In this document: piece after piece, positions 12,701 to 25,925 of the stretch
How the letters are laid out: every line of letters begins with the position of its first letter
How positions within the stretch are numbered: position 1 is the first letter of the stretch
DNA from: Vitrella brassicaformis CCMP3155
Lineage: Eukaryota > Protista > Chromerida
Reading direction: 5' to 3'
Length of the DNA stretch: 64,000 nucleotides
Assembly: GCA_001179505.1 (NCBI GenBank)
Contig: CDMY01000013.1
Coordinates: forward strand, 148,527-212,526
Program-made: the position numbers and the translations under genes
The notes under the pieces: model-generated
What the model was told of the DNA's origin: nothing
Seen by the model: the letters and a program-made list of their open reading frames with translations, nothing else
Database searches by the model: none

Positions 12701-15206
12701 AAGCAGCACAACGCGACTCGTACTCGGCAGCCTGACATAGTGCCAGGCAGGGAGAAGACAGAGGCGCGTGAAGGCTTGCCTGTCTTGTCTGTCCGTCCGT
12801 CCGTCACGTGGCTGAGTCCTAGCTGCCTGTCCTGACCTCTGTGTTGTGCTGAGTGTGCTCCGTGTGGGTGTTGGTGTTGGTGTGTCGCTGCTCGTCTTGG
12901 TAGAGGGGGAACTCGTTGGGCGTGTCGTCGAGCATGTCCAGGCCGACACGTACAGGCGGGCCATCCAACGACGTCGGCCACCCACCATTGATGGCCTGTT
13001 TGTTGTGCACAAGGGCAAAAGGGAAACAAACAAGTCCTGGATGGATGGTGGAAGGATTGGTGCTGATCTCTTCACTCACCTCCTCAGTGTGGGCGGACGG
13101 GACGGGGCTGCCGGGGGCACGGCGACTCAACAACACACTCGGCTCTGGACACACACACACAACACATGACAGACAGACAGACAGACAGAACACACAAGAG
13201 GGAACACATGATGGTTGCTGCTTCTCGTCCAGTTTTGCCATGTGTGGCGTGTTTGTGCGTGTTTGTGTGTGTTGGTGAGGATGCAAAGACGTACGTACCT
13301 GCAGACGGCTCCTGCACGATAGATGGGGGCGACATCTCAACTGCCCCGCCCCCACCATACCCGCCGCCAACAAACACACCGCCACCTCCATGTCCATGTC
13401 CGCCATACCCGATGCCCTCTTCCCCTGCCCCCTCCTCTCGCTCAGCCACAGACCCCATCTGACGCACCCATCCGCTCGGCCGCCCCCCGCCCAACCGATG
13501 CGACACCTCAGAGCGGCGGTCGTCGAACCGAGATGAAATGACCGTCCCCGCGCCGTCGTCATCCTCATCCTCATCCCCGTGGCCCAAGTGGCGATGGGCA
13601 ACGCGTCGGTGGCGGTTTACCTCATCCTCGGGGCGCCGGTCCGCCAACTCCTCCATGCGATGGCCGCCACTAATGCGACGACTGCCCAAGGGCGCCCCGC
13701 GGGACTCCGACAGACGCTCACGACGACGGTCACGGTCACCTCCTCGCTCCAGTCGCGGCTGACGGTCATGGGTGTCGTGCTGCTGGTGGTGGTCGGGGAA
13801 GTGGTAGTCGTGCACCATGTGGGTGCGGGAACGAGTGCTCTCGTTGTCGTTCCAGTCGGCGAACTGGTTCTCGTCCATGGGGGTGCGGTTGCGGTGCAGC
13901 GAGCGTGGATGCTCATCGTCGGGCGGCTCGCGCACACGGGTGTGAGTGGGGTTGCGGCTGCGGAAGGCCGGGTCATGTGTGGGTGTGGTGCGTCGGGGTG
14001 GGTGGGGTGGGGGTGGGGAGCGGGCAGCGGATGACAAGCTCTGACGGCTGGTGCGGTACTGAGACTTGAATCGGCGTATCTCGGTTTCGACCACTCTGAT
14101 TGTGTGCCACAGACGTGTCCAATGTCTGGGCATATTTGTGTATGTGTGTGTGTGTGGCATCTGTGGCTGGCTTACGTGAGTATGTCTGTGTAGTACTGGA
14201 AGTCGGCGTCGCGCACCGCACGGCCGTAGTTGCCTGTGGAGCAACGCAAGAGAGAGAATGAAGTATCTCCAACACTGTGGCGCCATCCATCTCCCCTCCC
14301 GTCGTCACTTACGCAGCAGTGTATCGATTTCGCTGACGTATGTGGTAGCGGGTGTGTAGTCGGCCTGCACGCACAACACACACACATGGAGTCGAGATGT
14401 GCTGTGAAGCGTGCGTGTGTCGGCCCCCGTGTGTGTGTGTGTCCTGACATTGGCGACCGCAATTGGGTCCTCCATCCGCCAGCAGTCATACAACTTCAAA
14501 ACCAGCCTGATTTACACACAACACAAACCACACACGACACACTTCACAACAAGGACATACCCAACCCGGCATGACATGACCCCCACTCCCCTCCCACCAC
14601 TTGAGACGCCGTGTGACTCTCGTCGACTCCGCATAGTTGTCACTGTCGTAGCGCTCCAGCTTCTGCTCGCCCTCGGCGCTCAAAGCCACTACCACCAACA
14701 CACACATCCACACCACACCACACCACATCCACACCACACTCCCCTGCACACCTACACACCTCCCCCAGCCCACCCAGCCCCTTGCTGACGTTGTAGGTTA
14801 TCGAGTATGGCCATGTGCCGTTCCCCTGCAGGCGCATCGTGGCAGTACCGCACGCGTGTGTGTGTGCCCCGAACGGTCCTGTAGCGGTCATGGCGGTCCC
14901 GCATCCCTCCTCTGTCGTCCTCCCGCCCGCCACCCCGGTGGCCACTTGAAACCATGGTCTGTGTGTGAAACACACCACACCCGGAGGGGTGCGCTCTTGC
15001 GAAGGAGCCTGGCTGCCTGAGCGCATGTGTACCTCTCGTGAGTAGCCGTATGGACCGTGCTCGTCCCGATGCCGGCTGCCCATGCCAGATCTGCCGCGGC
15101 GCCCTGCTGACCCACTCAGGCCGTCGCTAGGGCTCAGGTCGTCATGTCTGCGCCGGTGGCCGCCGCCGCCGCTGGGCTCATAGAGGTAGCTGCCGTCGTG
15201 CAGCAT
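9706..15206 (-). CDS. Large multi-exon hypothetical protein: possible C2-like N-terminal region, Arg/Asp/His-rich low-complexity middle, Cys-rich block, C-terminal LamG/concanavalin-A-like domain
   Basis: Coding-like exons are separated by typical microsatellite introns. WTIAVFIKPP..WRTLVRG and GWH..LVVVGEGGRQRYYVDGQLVGST..AFTIG resemble LamG. LVLKLYDCWRMEDPIAVAN resembles C2. The model spans a gap, so its exon chain and ends are approximate. Confidence 0.55.
11812..12111. other. Assembly gap (300 N)
   Basis: N run preceded by a G homopolymer, inside the gene at 9706-15206. Confidence 0.99.
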
Positions 15207-15477
15207 CACTCAGTTACTAGCCAAGGAACGAGAAGAGTTGCGGCCAAAAGTGAGCTCTCTCCTTCCGAAGGAAGCGTGCATTCAGCTCTTTTCCACAGGT
15301 CGCCTGACGTCGCCCTTCGCGCGAATTGTTTTACGGGAATTCGTGACAAACAATTTTGCGAGCTAAATTGGTTCCGACGTGTCTGTGCAGGAGAGAGCCT
15401 AAACGAATGGTGGACTTCAGCTTTATGACGGTGTGTCAGTCCTAGCTCGGCTCCCTTCAAGCGTGAAGCAACCAACG

Positions 15478-18400
15478 ATGAGGAGCCACACACTCGCCGT
15501 CGCTGTGGGAGTGCCTCGTTCTCTGTTGCTTGTCTGTGTCCTGCTGTGCCTGGCCAAAGGTACCGAAAGACGCCCAGATGCAAGCACTGTGCAAGCCACA
15601 CGTGTGTTTTCCTATCACCCTCTGCTTGCCTGCTTCACTGCCTGCAGGCGCCCTCTGTGCCGATGCTGCCAACCCTGACCATGTGAGCGCCACGACACAC
15701 CCACACGCCACAAAGATCAGGCTCGGAAACGAGTGTCTGTGTTCGAGACTTGGACTGACGGTGACACACACCTCTCTCTTTGCCCTTCTCTGTCTGTCTG
15801 TGCGAATCAATCAGGGTATTCCTCGTTGTGTGCATGGTGTTGTGAGTGGCGTGTGTCTTGACAACGACGAGCGGACGTATGGTGAGGTCTATGAGGCGTC
15901 CGAGGGCGACCCCTCCGATGTGGTCTTTGCCGCCACATCCGTCACTACCGACGACCGCTACCTCAGTCCCGCCAGCGTGGCTTTCGACCCTCCTACTCTC
16001 GTCCTCATGGAGAGGTCAGTCAGTGAGTGAAGGAAGGGCACACCGAGAGCGCGACTGCAAACGCAAAACGGGATTCTGTGTGTGTTCGTGTGTGACAGGC
16101 CGATTTGTATCCCGGTGTGGGAGACTGTTCGCTTGACCAATCGGCTCGAGGAGGACCTACACATATTCTCTGTAGAGGTGCGCAACCCACACACACACAC
16201 AGAGGACATCACCTAGACAGACCCACGAGGTAAAACTCTCCCTTCCTTGCTCGTTGTCTGTCTCAGGCCGACGATCCGGCGGTTCATCCGTCTGTGATGA
16301 AGCTGGAGGTGTTGGGGCCTGGCGACAGCACCACTGTGCAGGTGCTGGTGGTGCCGCTGCAAGTGGGGAGGATCGACGCCACACTCACTTTCAGGACAAA
16401 CGCGGGACCGCTCGTCTACCATCTGACTGCAGAGGTGACTTACACGGGGAGGGAGGGAGGGAGGGAGGGAGGCGGGTGTGTGGTTTGACGTCGGTGTGAG
16501 TGTGTCCCACCCACCACCACCATGTGTGTGTTCCCCTCTCTCTGCCTGGCCTGCAGGCGATAGAGAATGCGTATTGGGTTGAGCCGATTGTGGCTGAGAG
16601 GGTGCCTGTCGGGGTGGCGTTCAGGCCGAGAGTCCAGATATACAACCCTTATGATGAAGTAAGGCGAGTCGCCTCAGCCAACACACACACAAGCCTTGAT
16701 TCATGGCAACCTTGTGCTTATGTTATGCTCTGTTGTGTGTCCCCTCCATCCATCCTTGAATATGTCAGCCCATGCGAGTGCAGGAGATTTTCACGACAGA
16801 GGGCTTTCTCCAGCTGGTCTTGCCCGAGCAGGTTGTGGGCTCACTGGGTCTCTCATCGCGGCAGCTGGACTCCCTCAACATGCTGAGCGAGCCGCCGCCG
16901 CCATCCAACGGCCACAAACCGCCATCGCACCCGCTCACGCCGCCCACACAAACGCTCGAGAGCATCGGCAACCCGGCATACCCCACGGGGTTCGCCTCTC
17001 TTGAGAACTCCTTGGCGTCTCTCGCGTCCTTCTCGCCCTTTGTGGACGGCAGCAGCGACCCGCGTTCGTCGCCCGCCATTGCTGCCCACCCGATTGGTGA
17101 CGGGTCGCAGCAAATCGGGGACAGCGAGCCACTCGAGACATTAGAAGAGGCCAGGGCAAGGACAGAGGGCCAGCAAAGGCATGAAGGCAGGAGACGGGCA
17201 GATGAGGAGAGTGGTGTGGGTAAGGGAGAGGGGGAGAGGGAGAGGGAGGGGGAGAGGGAGGGGGGCGGGTTGGGGGAGTCAACAGCAGCAGCAGAGGGCA
17301 GCAGCGGCAATGGCAGTGGTGCCAACGTGGTGTACCAGTCGCTCCGTGTGAGTGACCGGGGAGGGGGGGACGTCAACGGGGAGTGGGGCAGGCTGGCCGA
17401 GAAGAGCTGGACCATTCCCGGGCACGGCAATCGCACCGTCATCCAGCTCAACTTTGTCGGACAAAAGGCCGGACATTACAAAGGTGCCTTAGGCAAGGCA
17501 ACACACCAGCCGCAACACACTCAGCACATCTATTGTCCGTCTGTCTCTCTGTCTGTCTGCACAGGTTTTGTGCATGTCAAGACGGATCGCGAGACGATGC
17601 TGGTGCCGGTGAGCATCGAGTGCGTGCAGGAGGAGGGCGGGGGGCTGCAGATTTCCCCCGAAGAGCTCGACTTCCAGACGCTCGTCTCAAGGCAACAGGC
17701 CAGGGTCATGTCGCTCTTCGTTGCCAACGCTTCGCCATACCGTGAGCAACGAAGCCCCATATATATGCACCCCTGTGTGTGGACGTATGTTATGTGGGGT
17801 GTGTGTTCGGCAGCTGTGTCGTTGACCAAGCTGACTCAGCCAGCCTACCAGAACGATTCGCGGCTGATTTTTCACTTTGATCAGAATGTGATGGTGCCGC
17901 CGGGACAGACAATAAGGTATGGTATGCCACACGCACACAAGCCAACGACACGACGCCCCGCCCCGCACACACACTCCACGCTGTGCTTGTGTGCGCGTGT
18001 CATGTGTGCAGGTACGCGAAGGTGACGTACATGGCGAGCGAGGAGGGTGACTTCAGCGGCACTGTGCTGCTGCACACCAACGCCACATCGGCCGTCTTCG
18101 CAGCCAAGAACGCCACTACCCCCACAGTCGCAGTGGCCTCAGCAGGAGGAGGCAGCAAAGGCGGCAAGAAGACCACCAAGAGCTCAGGCATATTCGAGAT
18201 ACCATACAGGGTCAGAAATAAGAAAGGCATAGAGGAGACATGTGTTGTGTGGATGAGTGGGATGGGGATTGGGTTGTGTTGGCTGCACTGCAGGCGCGTG
18301 TGGTGTTTGGCTCCCTGGGTTTCTACAACGAGCAGACCAAGTTCACCTGTCCGGCGCACTGGCTGCCGCCGCACTGCAACGTGACGCGCCAGATCTCCAT

Positions 18401-21400
18401 CAGCAACTTCTTCCACCTGCCCGTCAAGATCCTGGGGGCGCGCATCACCGACCCCTCCTTCGAGATATTCGACTTCAAGAAGGACACCACGCTCATCTCT
18501 CGGGAGTCCTTCGAGATTCTGCAGCTGCGGTTTAGGCCACAGACGCGGCGGCAGCTGTATAAGACCGACCTCGAGCTCATCACCAATATCACCAACGTCA
18601 AAATACCCATCAAGGTGGGTGTGATGTGATGCGGACACATGGACACAGATGCGATGCGTGGATGGGATGGATACGCCGTTTGCCATGCTGTCTTGCTGTA
18701 TGTGGTGTGTTGATTGATGTGGTGTAGGTCTACCACGGTTTGTTGTATTGCCAGACGGCCGACGAGGCGATGCAGGAGTGCTGCTTCAACGACAGGAGCA
18801 GGCACATTGACCTGGGCACCATCGGGGCCGGCGAGCGCACCAAACAGACCTTCAACCTGTCCAACCCCAACCCCAGCAACGTCACCATCGAACGAATCAC
18901 ATCAGAAGACCCTTCAGTGTCACTCACCTTCGAGGTCAGTCAGCAGTGAGGGAGAAAAGAAAGGAGCCTCCAAATAGATAGAAACCCATACAGACCCGTT
19001 CGCCACATGTCTTAATGTTGTTCAGGGGCTGCTGGGCAACGGCTGGTCTCCGTTGCGTGCGGTGTTCGGTCAGCCGCTGTCAGAGCTTCTGCCGCTGACT
19101 CTAGGCCCCGGCACTCGCATGCTCATCAACGTTCACGCACAGGCGCCATACGGCATATCGCACCCACCGAGAGACTTTGCTGTCAACCTCACCACCGACG
19201 CCGCAGAAATCATCACGGTAAGGCCGGCTGGGCCTTGTAGGGACGCGTGTGTCTCTCTGTTGGTGTGTGGTGTCTGCAGCTGAATGTGCGCTATGAGAGC
19301 GTGTCTGGTGCTCTGTCTGCGATGCCGTCGCTGCTGAGGTTCGAGGCATCGTTCCCTGGGAGAGTCCAGAGCAAGGTGAGCAAACAAACTCCCGGACAGC
19401 GTAGCGTCAGATTACACTGCACCTCTTCTGTGTGTCGACCGATCGCTGCATCGCATCGCCTCAGGTGTTGGCTGCCCGGTCGACATTTGAGCGTCCGCTG
19501 CAGATCCACGCCATCCGCTCGACGGACCCGCGCATCGTGGTGGAGCCCCTCAATCGCACCGTCACCCTCAAACCTCTCGCAAAGACAGATCTTGCTAGGG
19601 TTTACTTTGACCCCGCACAAGTCAATGCTGAAGGTACGCCCCGCCCCGTCCCGCCCCGCAACATAAACGATGGATGGAAAATATCATCAGCTCATGGACG
19701 TGGGATGTCGTGTTTGTTGTGTGTGTGACTGCAGCAAACTATTTATTTGATCCCACGTTCAATCTGGATTGGTCGCAGCCGCTGGACGGCCGAGTCGTGG
19801 CGTCGTACAACCAGCGGCAGCGGATGTGGGAAGATCTGGGGGCCGCGGGTGCGACCGACATCAAGGCGCAGCTGCAGTTCGACGCCACGCCCGCCCTCTC
19901 GTCCACGGTGCAGGTGCGTGCCTTCCTCAACAAGCCGTCCATCATCGCATCGCATGCGACGGGCATGACGCGAGACTACAAGCTCGAGTTTGGCCTGGGC
20001 GACATCGGCGGCAAGGCAACCAGCAAGTTTCTGACGGTGCAGAATCCATCGGATCAGCCGCTTGCTGTGCAGCTTGTACTGCCGCCAAGATCGCCCTCCC
20101 CTGATGTGCCCCTGGACAGGGGAGGCGTCAACACGCTGGCGCAGCAGACGGCATGTGGGCCGTGGAAGCTGCCCTCTGAGGCGACGAATGTGGTGTTCCT
20201 CAAGCCGCAGGAGGAGAGGAGGGTGGGGCCCATCCTGTTCGACCCCCACAACATCAAAACCTACTCGGCCGTGCTCTACGTCCGCAACAATCTCACAATG
20301 GTGTGCCCCGTGACACTCACGGGCACAGGAGGCGCCTCGCGGGTCGTCTTCGAGGGGCCGAATAAGGTCAAGGTCGATGTGCGGTCGGCGGAGTCGTTCT
20401 CGCTCATGAGTTCAAAGCCCATCGCCAAAAAGGCCCAGGTGTTTGTCAACGACCAGAAGCTGCCGGCGGAGGTCAGCCGGGTGGAGCTGAGGGGCAAGAT
20501 CAATTGCCGCCCCGTGGGGGCGTCACACGTCCTCTGCGCCCCCCTCACAGCGGCGGAGAAGACGGACCAGAAAAAAATGGACAGAGAGGCCGGGCAGGAC
20601 GCCAACGACCTGTTGATCCGTCTCTACACCACCAACCAGGGGACGCTGGACGTGCCACTCGAGTCTGATCTGCCGCCGGCCGTCATCGCACTCATCCGAT
20701 CGGTCCCCTTCAACCCTGCCCACGCCCTCACCTGTGGCTGCACCGTCCTTGCCGTGGTTGTGGGCACTCTCCTGGCAGTCCACCGATACGCCAGGCCGGC
20801 AGTAGTGTGGCTCGTCAAGGTCCTGCCGTATGCCAAGACCATCGAGCTCATCCCATTTCCGTGGCTGCGTGCATGGTTTGAGGAGGCCCTGCAGCCATAC
20901 CTGCATCCGCCGCCAAAGGAGAGGCGCGGTGGGGCCGGCCGCAAGAAGAACGGCAAGAAGAGTGAGAAGCTCGTCGCGTCAGAGGAGGAGTCTCCCGTCG
21001 CCCTCCCCGCCGACACTTACAGGAGATGGCTGCCCGCTCGTCTGTGGTCTCGCCTGGTGTGGCGGAGGAGTGGCGACTCGAGCCCCTCGCGCGTCCCCCC
21101 GCCAGCACCACAGCCGACACCACCAGTCGCTGCACCTGCAGTGGCCCAGCCGCAGACGGCCCCAGTCGAGGAGACACCAGCACAGGCGATCTCTCAGACG
21201 GCGACTGACGACGTGGCCAAGAAGCCCGCTGACACCAAGAAGGACACCAAGGGCCGCAAGCGGCATGCGAACAAACAGCAGACGGCGCGCCCGGTCTCTG
21301 GGGGTAGCAGCTCTAGCACAAGCGCCACGACCACGCCGACCAGCGTTACCACGACTCCGAGCGGCATGCGCGACGAGGAAGAGATCCCCGCGTCGCCCAC

Positions 21401-23396
21401 ACCCGATCCAGAGGTGCCCCCGAGGACGGCAGAGGTGGCAACAACCGAGGCCTCAAAGGTGGTCAAGGGCAAGAAGGACGAGAGGCACAAGGGCGGCAAA
21501 GGCAAGGATGGGACCAACAAGAGACCCGCTGCCACCATGGGCGGCACGCATACCTCCAAGTCGCCCAAGGAGAAGAAAGGCCGCGAGGAGGACGCGGGTA
21601 ACGATGCTGACGACGAGGGATGGGCCAAAGTGGAGTCGAATCGCAAGACGACGGGTCGGGCGGCACCACCACCAACCCCCACGCCCACCCCGCCCCCCTC
21701 TGTACCGACCACCACACAGCTCAAGGCGGCGAAGATCGAGGTGCAAACACGACCGGCGCGGCCCAAGCAAGACGATGGCAAGAAGAAACAGCAACCGGTT
21801 ACCGCAGCTACCGCCCCTCCAGTGACCGTGACTACAGCAGAGCCGCCCCGTCTGCCGCTGCCGTCAACCAACACGCCGCCGACCACGGGCATCCGGAAGC
21901 CTTCTTATCCCTACTATCCATCCCTGTCACCGCAGACGCGCTCCGTGGCCACGCCCACGTCCACTGGCGGCAATGCGACCCCATCACGCACACCCACACA
22001 CCAGCAGCAGCAGCAGCAGCAGGCAGCCAGGAGGGGCGGAGTGGTGCCACAACAACAGGCCACACCAACACAGACGACGCCACCAGAGGAGGAAGCAGCA
22101 ACACGACACATCAAGATCCTCCAGCGGCCCAAGAACGCCCCTCCGCCCCCCCAGCAGCGGCCAATTCACACCGCCAACCTGTCACCCGTTTTCCCGGCCA
22201 TCGTGCCCAGCAGCAGCGGGTCAATCGCAAAGGTTGGCGACACCACCATGCCCGCAATACCGCCGCGACCACAAGGCCCGCCGGCCCCGCAGCAGCACCC
22301 TAAAGCTGCCGGCAAGGTGGCGACTGACAAGGCACCTGCGGCAAGGCGCGTGACGCTCTCCGTGTGGGACACGCCAGTGGTCCAGCAACGAAAGCAGGAG
22401 GAGAGGACGGTGGCCACAAGGCCCGTGCAGCACCTATCGCTGGAGCAGCAGCACCGAGGCATCCTGGACGATCTCCGCACCGCCACGGAGCAGCAGCACG
22501 CCGCTCTCGGCCCCATCGGTCCGTCTGCCAACGTGAAGCGCCCCAGTGTGGGGGTCATCGGGGCGACTCCAGGTCGAGCTGTCGATGAGCCTGTCCCGCC
22601 CTCTGGTGGCGCCCACGTCGACGCTGGCCTTCGTGGCACCTTCCTGCCGCCGGCTTACCCCTCTGGCCCGTCGCTTTTTTCCGAGGCCAGCCAGGACCTC
22701 CTGCCGCAAGTCAAGCCATTTCCAGGGCTGGGACTGGCCACACACACTAACACCAACACCACCAGCTGGGGGGCGGCCAAGCAGCCAGAGCGGACCACCA
22801 TGCACCAGACGTATCCGTCGAGATCGCCGTCTACATCTCCGCTACTGGCCAAGATGGGCGGCAACGGGCCCTCGGCCTCGCCCCAGGGCTCGCCGGAGAG
22901 GCGCGCGTCGTCGGTGGCGCCCATCCCGATGTCGCTGCTCGATTTCATGGACAACGACAACGAGACAGAGACCGGCACAGGATACGGCAGGAAGGACACA
23001 CTCCTCTCTGATGCATCGTCCGCCAACGGACAGGGGCAGCCGACGGTACCCGGCACCTCCCAGTCGATCGGCTCTGACGGCAGCAACAACAAGACCGACT
23101 CCGAGTCGTGGAACTTCCGCACCCGCCCCTCCGGCCCGTCGCTCTTCTCTGGCTCGCTGTTCATGTCGCTCAACTCGGGCCCCAGGCCGCAGCCAGCACC
23201 AGTGGACATGGGTGGTGAGGTGCTCGCTGGCGAAGTGTCCCACACGTCGCCCGACACCCGCACACCTTTCGCCGCCCACTTCCCCTCGGCCATGGCGGCA
23301 CCCTTCCACCCGCGCCAGCAGCCATTGGCTGAGGACGAGATGCCTGAATGGGCGAGGAGCGATGTGACGCCGCAGCAGTGGGAGTGGGGGGCATAG
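15478..23396 (+). CDS. TMEM131: TMEM131-like type I membrane protein (signal peptide, tandem Ig-like/ASH-type domains, TM, long disordered tail)
   Basis: Signal peptide MRSHTLAVAVGVPRSLLLVCVLLCLA. The segments VAFDPPTL..PICIPVWETVRLTN, AIENAYWVEPIVAERVPVGVAFRPRVQIYNPYDE..VQEIFTTEGFLQLVLP, and later LTVQNPSDQPLAVQL and YVRNNLT match TMEM131 family motifs as I recall them. TM: CGCTVLAVVVGTLLAV. Confidence 0.85.
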
Positions 23397-24464
23397 TGAT
23401 GGAAATGCTACGTGGGGAGTGGTGGGAGGGGGAGCGGTGAGCGTGTAAGCTACGTAAGGTCCCTTGTGCCGGGACAGTACTGAGAGGGGCGGGGAGGGGA
23501 GGGGCGGCGCTGGGCAGAGAGGAGATGAGGGTTGGGGTGCCATGCCGTGACTGCAGTGTCGTGAGCGAGGTTTGAATGAATGGAGGCACGGCTCGAGTTG
23601 TCATTCTGATTTGATTTATACGTCTCGCCGCTGGCTGGCACTGGTGTCTCGGGTCTTTGCCGTCTTGCGTCTGAAGGTCAAGGATGCTCCCGTTGTTTCC
23701 GGTGGGTGTCATTTTCCTTTGGACGGGCGACTGGAAAGGCCAGAGGCATCCAGTGCATCGCAACGCGGCTACAGAATGCAAATTCGCTACTTGCCTGAGG
23801 GAACGTAATTGTCTGAGCATGAAGACAATGACAACACACAGCACGGCCTGACCTGTGTAGGTCCAAGGGCGTGGCGTAGCGACTGAGAATAATGCGTGTC
23901 CGTGACTCTGCGTGTGTCCGTGTGCATGTGTCTGCGGTGCGGTTGGCTGTCTGGGTGGGGCTTTCGGTGGCTGGGTGGCTGCGGGATGGTATGGTAATGC
24001 ATGTATGTGTTGACATTGATGTGTCTCGTCGGTCGTGATGGGACACTGACTGACTGCAAATGGGAGAGAAAGAAAGCTGCGGCTTTTTAGCGTTAAGACA
24101 AGGCCGGCGGACACTCGGGCAGACGCGGGCAAGCGCCGGCAACGCGACATACACACACCACACACCTAGGCAATTTGCACCCTGCTCGTGGTGATACGTT
24201 CGGTGTTGGGGGGTCGATCTTTGTCTGTGAGAGTGCATTGGGGAACTGAGACCGCAGAGAGAGAGAGAGAGAGAGAGCGGGAGAGCGAGCAGCAGGGTGC
24301 ACAAAGGGATGCGCGAGGGGGAAGAGACCAACAGGTATTTCTTGTGCTTGGTTGTCCCTTGTTGAAACTCTTGAAACCGGCAGACAGACATGAATGAAGT
24401 CCATTGTTGTTCTGAATCACACGCACCCATGCACGAACCAACCATGGATGCAGTCCCACGCACA

Positions 24465-25925
24465 GAGAGAGAGGCAGCCCGGCCCGCCCACCGCACCGCC
24501 ACAAATCATACCATCACACCCTATCAAGTGGGTGGGAGTGACTCACTCACGCCCCTTGCTACGATCGATTCATCCCTCTACGTGCTAACTATCTGTCCAC
24601 CTCTCTCTCACACCGCAGCGACACACCGGCCGACCAGCCCCATGTGTGTGACCGGCACATCACACACATGACGCCACACGGCAAGCAGATGGCCGTGCCG
24701 ACAAACCAACCCACTACCTGCTCATCGACAACAACTACCTACTCATCGACAACTCCAACCTACTGATCAGAAAACCAACCAAATACCTACTCATCGACAA
24801 CAACTCCCTCCTACTCATCGACAACAACTACCTACTCATCGACAACAACTACCTACTGAGGGTGCCCCATGTTGGCCTCCACCTCCCTCACCGTGTCTGA
24901 CAGCCCCAGCCGCCCCAGCTGACACCGCCGCCGATGTGTGTGGCACACCTCGATGGCATGCTCGATGAGGTCATCGTCCGGGCCAGCACGTGGTTCAGCT
25001 GGTTGTTGCTGAAGTCCAGGGGGTGGGCAGGCACTGTCAGTGGGGTTGGGGAGGGGGATGTGGCGGCGGAGGCCGAACAGGAAGCACTGCAGCCCTATGC
25101 AGAGACGGGGGTGCGTGAACAGGTAGGCCACATCGACCACCTGCTGGTTGTGCTGCCCCGGTGCTGGCAGCCGTTGATGATCTGGTGCATCAGCTGCTGG
25201 TACCCAGCCATAGCCGTCGACTTGGCTATCTTGTGGTGGGCCAGCTGCTGGCGTGTTTGGGCGTTTGGCTGCGGTGGGTAGGCCGCCACAGCACCCGGTG
25301 CAGCACGCACCCCGTTCTGCGCTATGTGGCTCAGCTGCCAGTGCATTCCTGGTTGGTACACACAACATACACAGCGCACACAAAATACAAACAGAGACCA
25401 GTGCCTTGCCTTGCCTTGTCTTTTGTGTGTGTACCTTATCGCTTCGGTATGAGCACATCCGGGCCGCCCACCATGCCCACCCACCAGCGACCCGCAGCTC
25501 TGTACAGGTCCATGTTGCCGGTAGGCAGGATGATGGGCTGGCCCAGCGACGCGCGGATCTGGAGGGCGATCGGCACGGCTACGCACCTAAACCACACATA
25601 CAGACGGACCCGCATACAGACGGACCCGCAGCTCGAGGCAGGGCTGCGGGGTCCATATCGTCACCAACTCCCGTATGAAGATCCATCTGCAGACAGGCAG
25701 GAATGGGAGACACACCAGACACACCCATCATGCCATGCATTCACACACGTATGGATGTGTGGAGGCATCTGCTCACTCGTAGTTGTAGTCGGCGCGTGTG
25801 TGGATGACGTCACCCGTGAAGTTAAGATAGTCTATGATATGCGGCAGGTAGTAGTCCAGACGGAGGGTCTGCAGGGACCAAGAGACACAACAAACACATC
25901 CATTACGCGTCGATGGCTGCACGTA
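24465..25925 (-). repeat. Left arm of an inverted segmental duplication (partner at 35192-37462)
   Basis: The reverse complement matches 35192-37462 across exons, introns and 3' flank. Examples are cagacgagtacgtgcagccatcgacgcg, GMHWQLS.IAQNGVRAAPGAVAAYP and gatcgtagcaaggggcgtgagtgagtg. Confidence 0.93.
24712..24858 (+). repeat. Minisatellite, ~21-nt unit (ctactcatcgacaacaactac), about 6 imperfect copies
   Basis: Directly visible. The paralogous arm holds only one copy, at about 37165-37190. Confidence 0.9.

Noticed and set aside
20830-23543. Long overlapping alternative-frame and antisense ORFs within the TMEM131 last exon (and similar ones over other GC-rich exons)
   Set aside because: Expected shadow ORFs in high-GC coding DNA; low-complexity translations with no motifs.
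24712-24858. CRISPR-like array
   Set aside because: The units are directly adjacent with no unique spacers, the context is eukaryotic, and no cas genes are present. It is a minisatellite.
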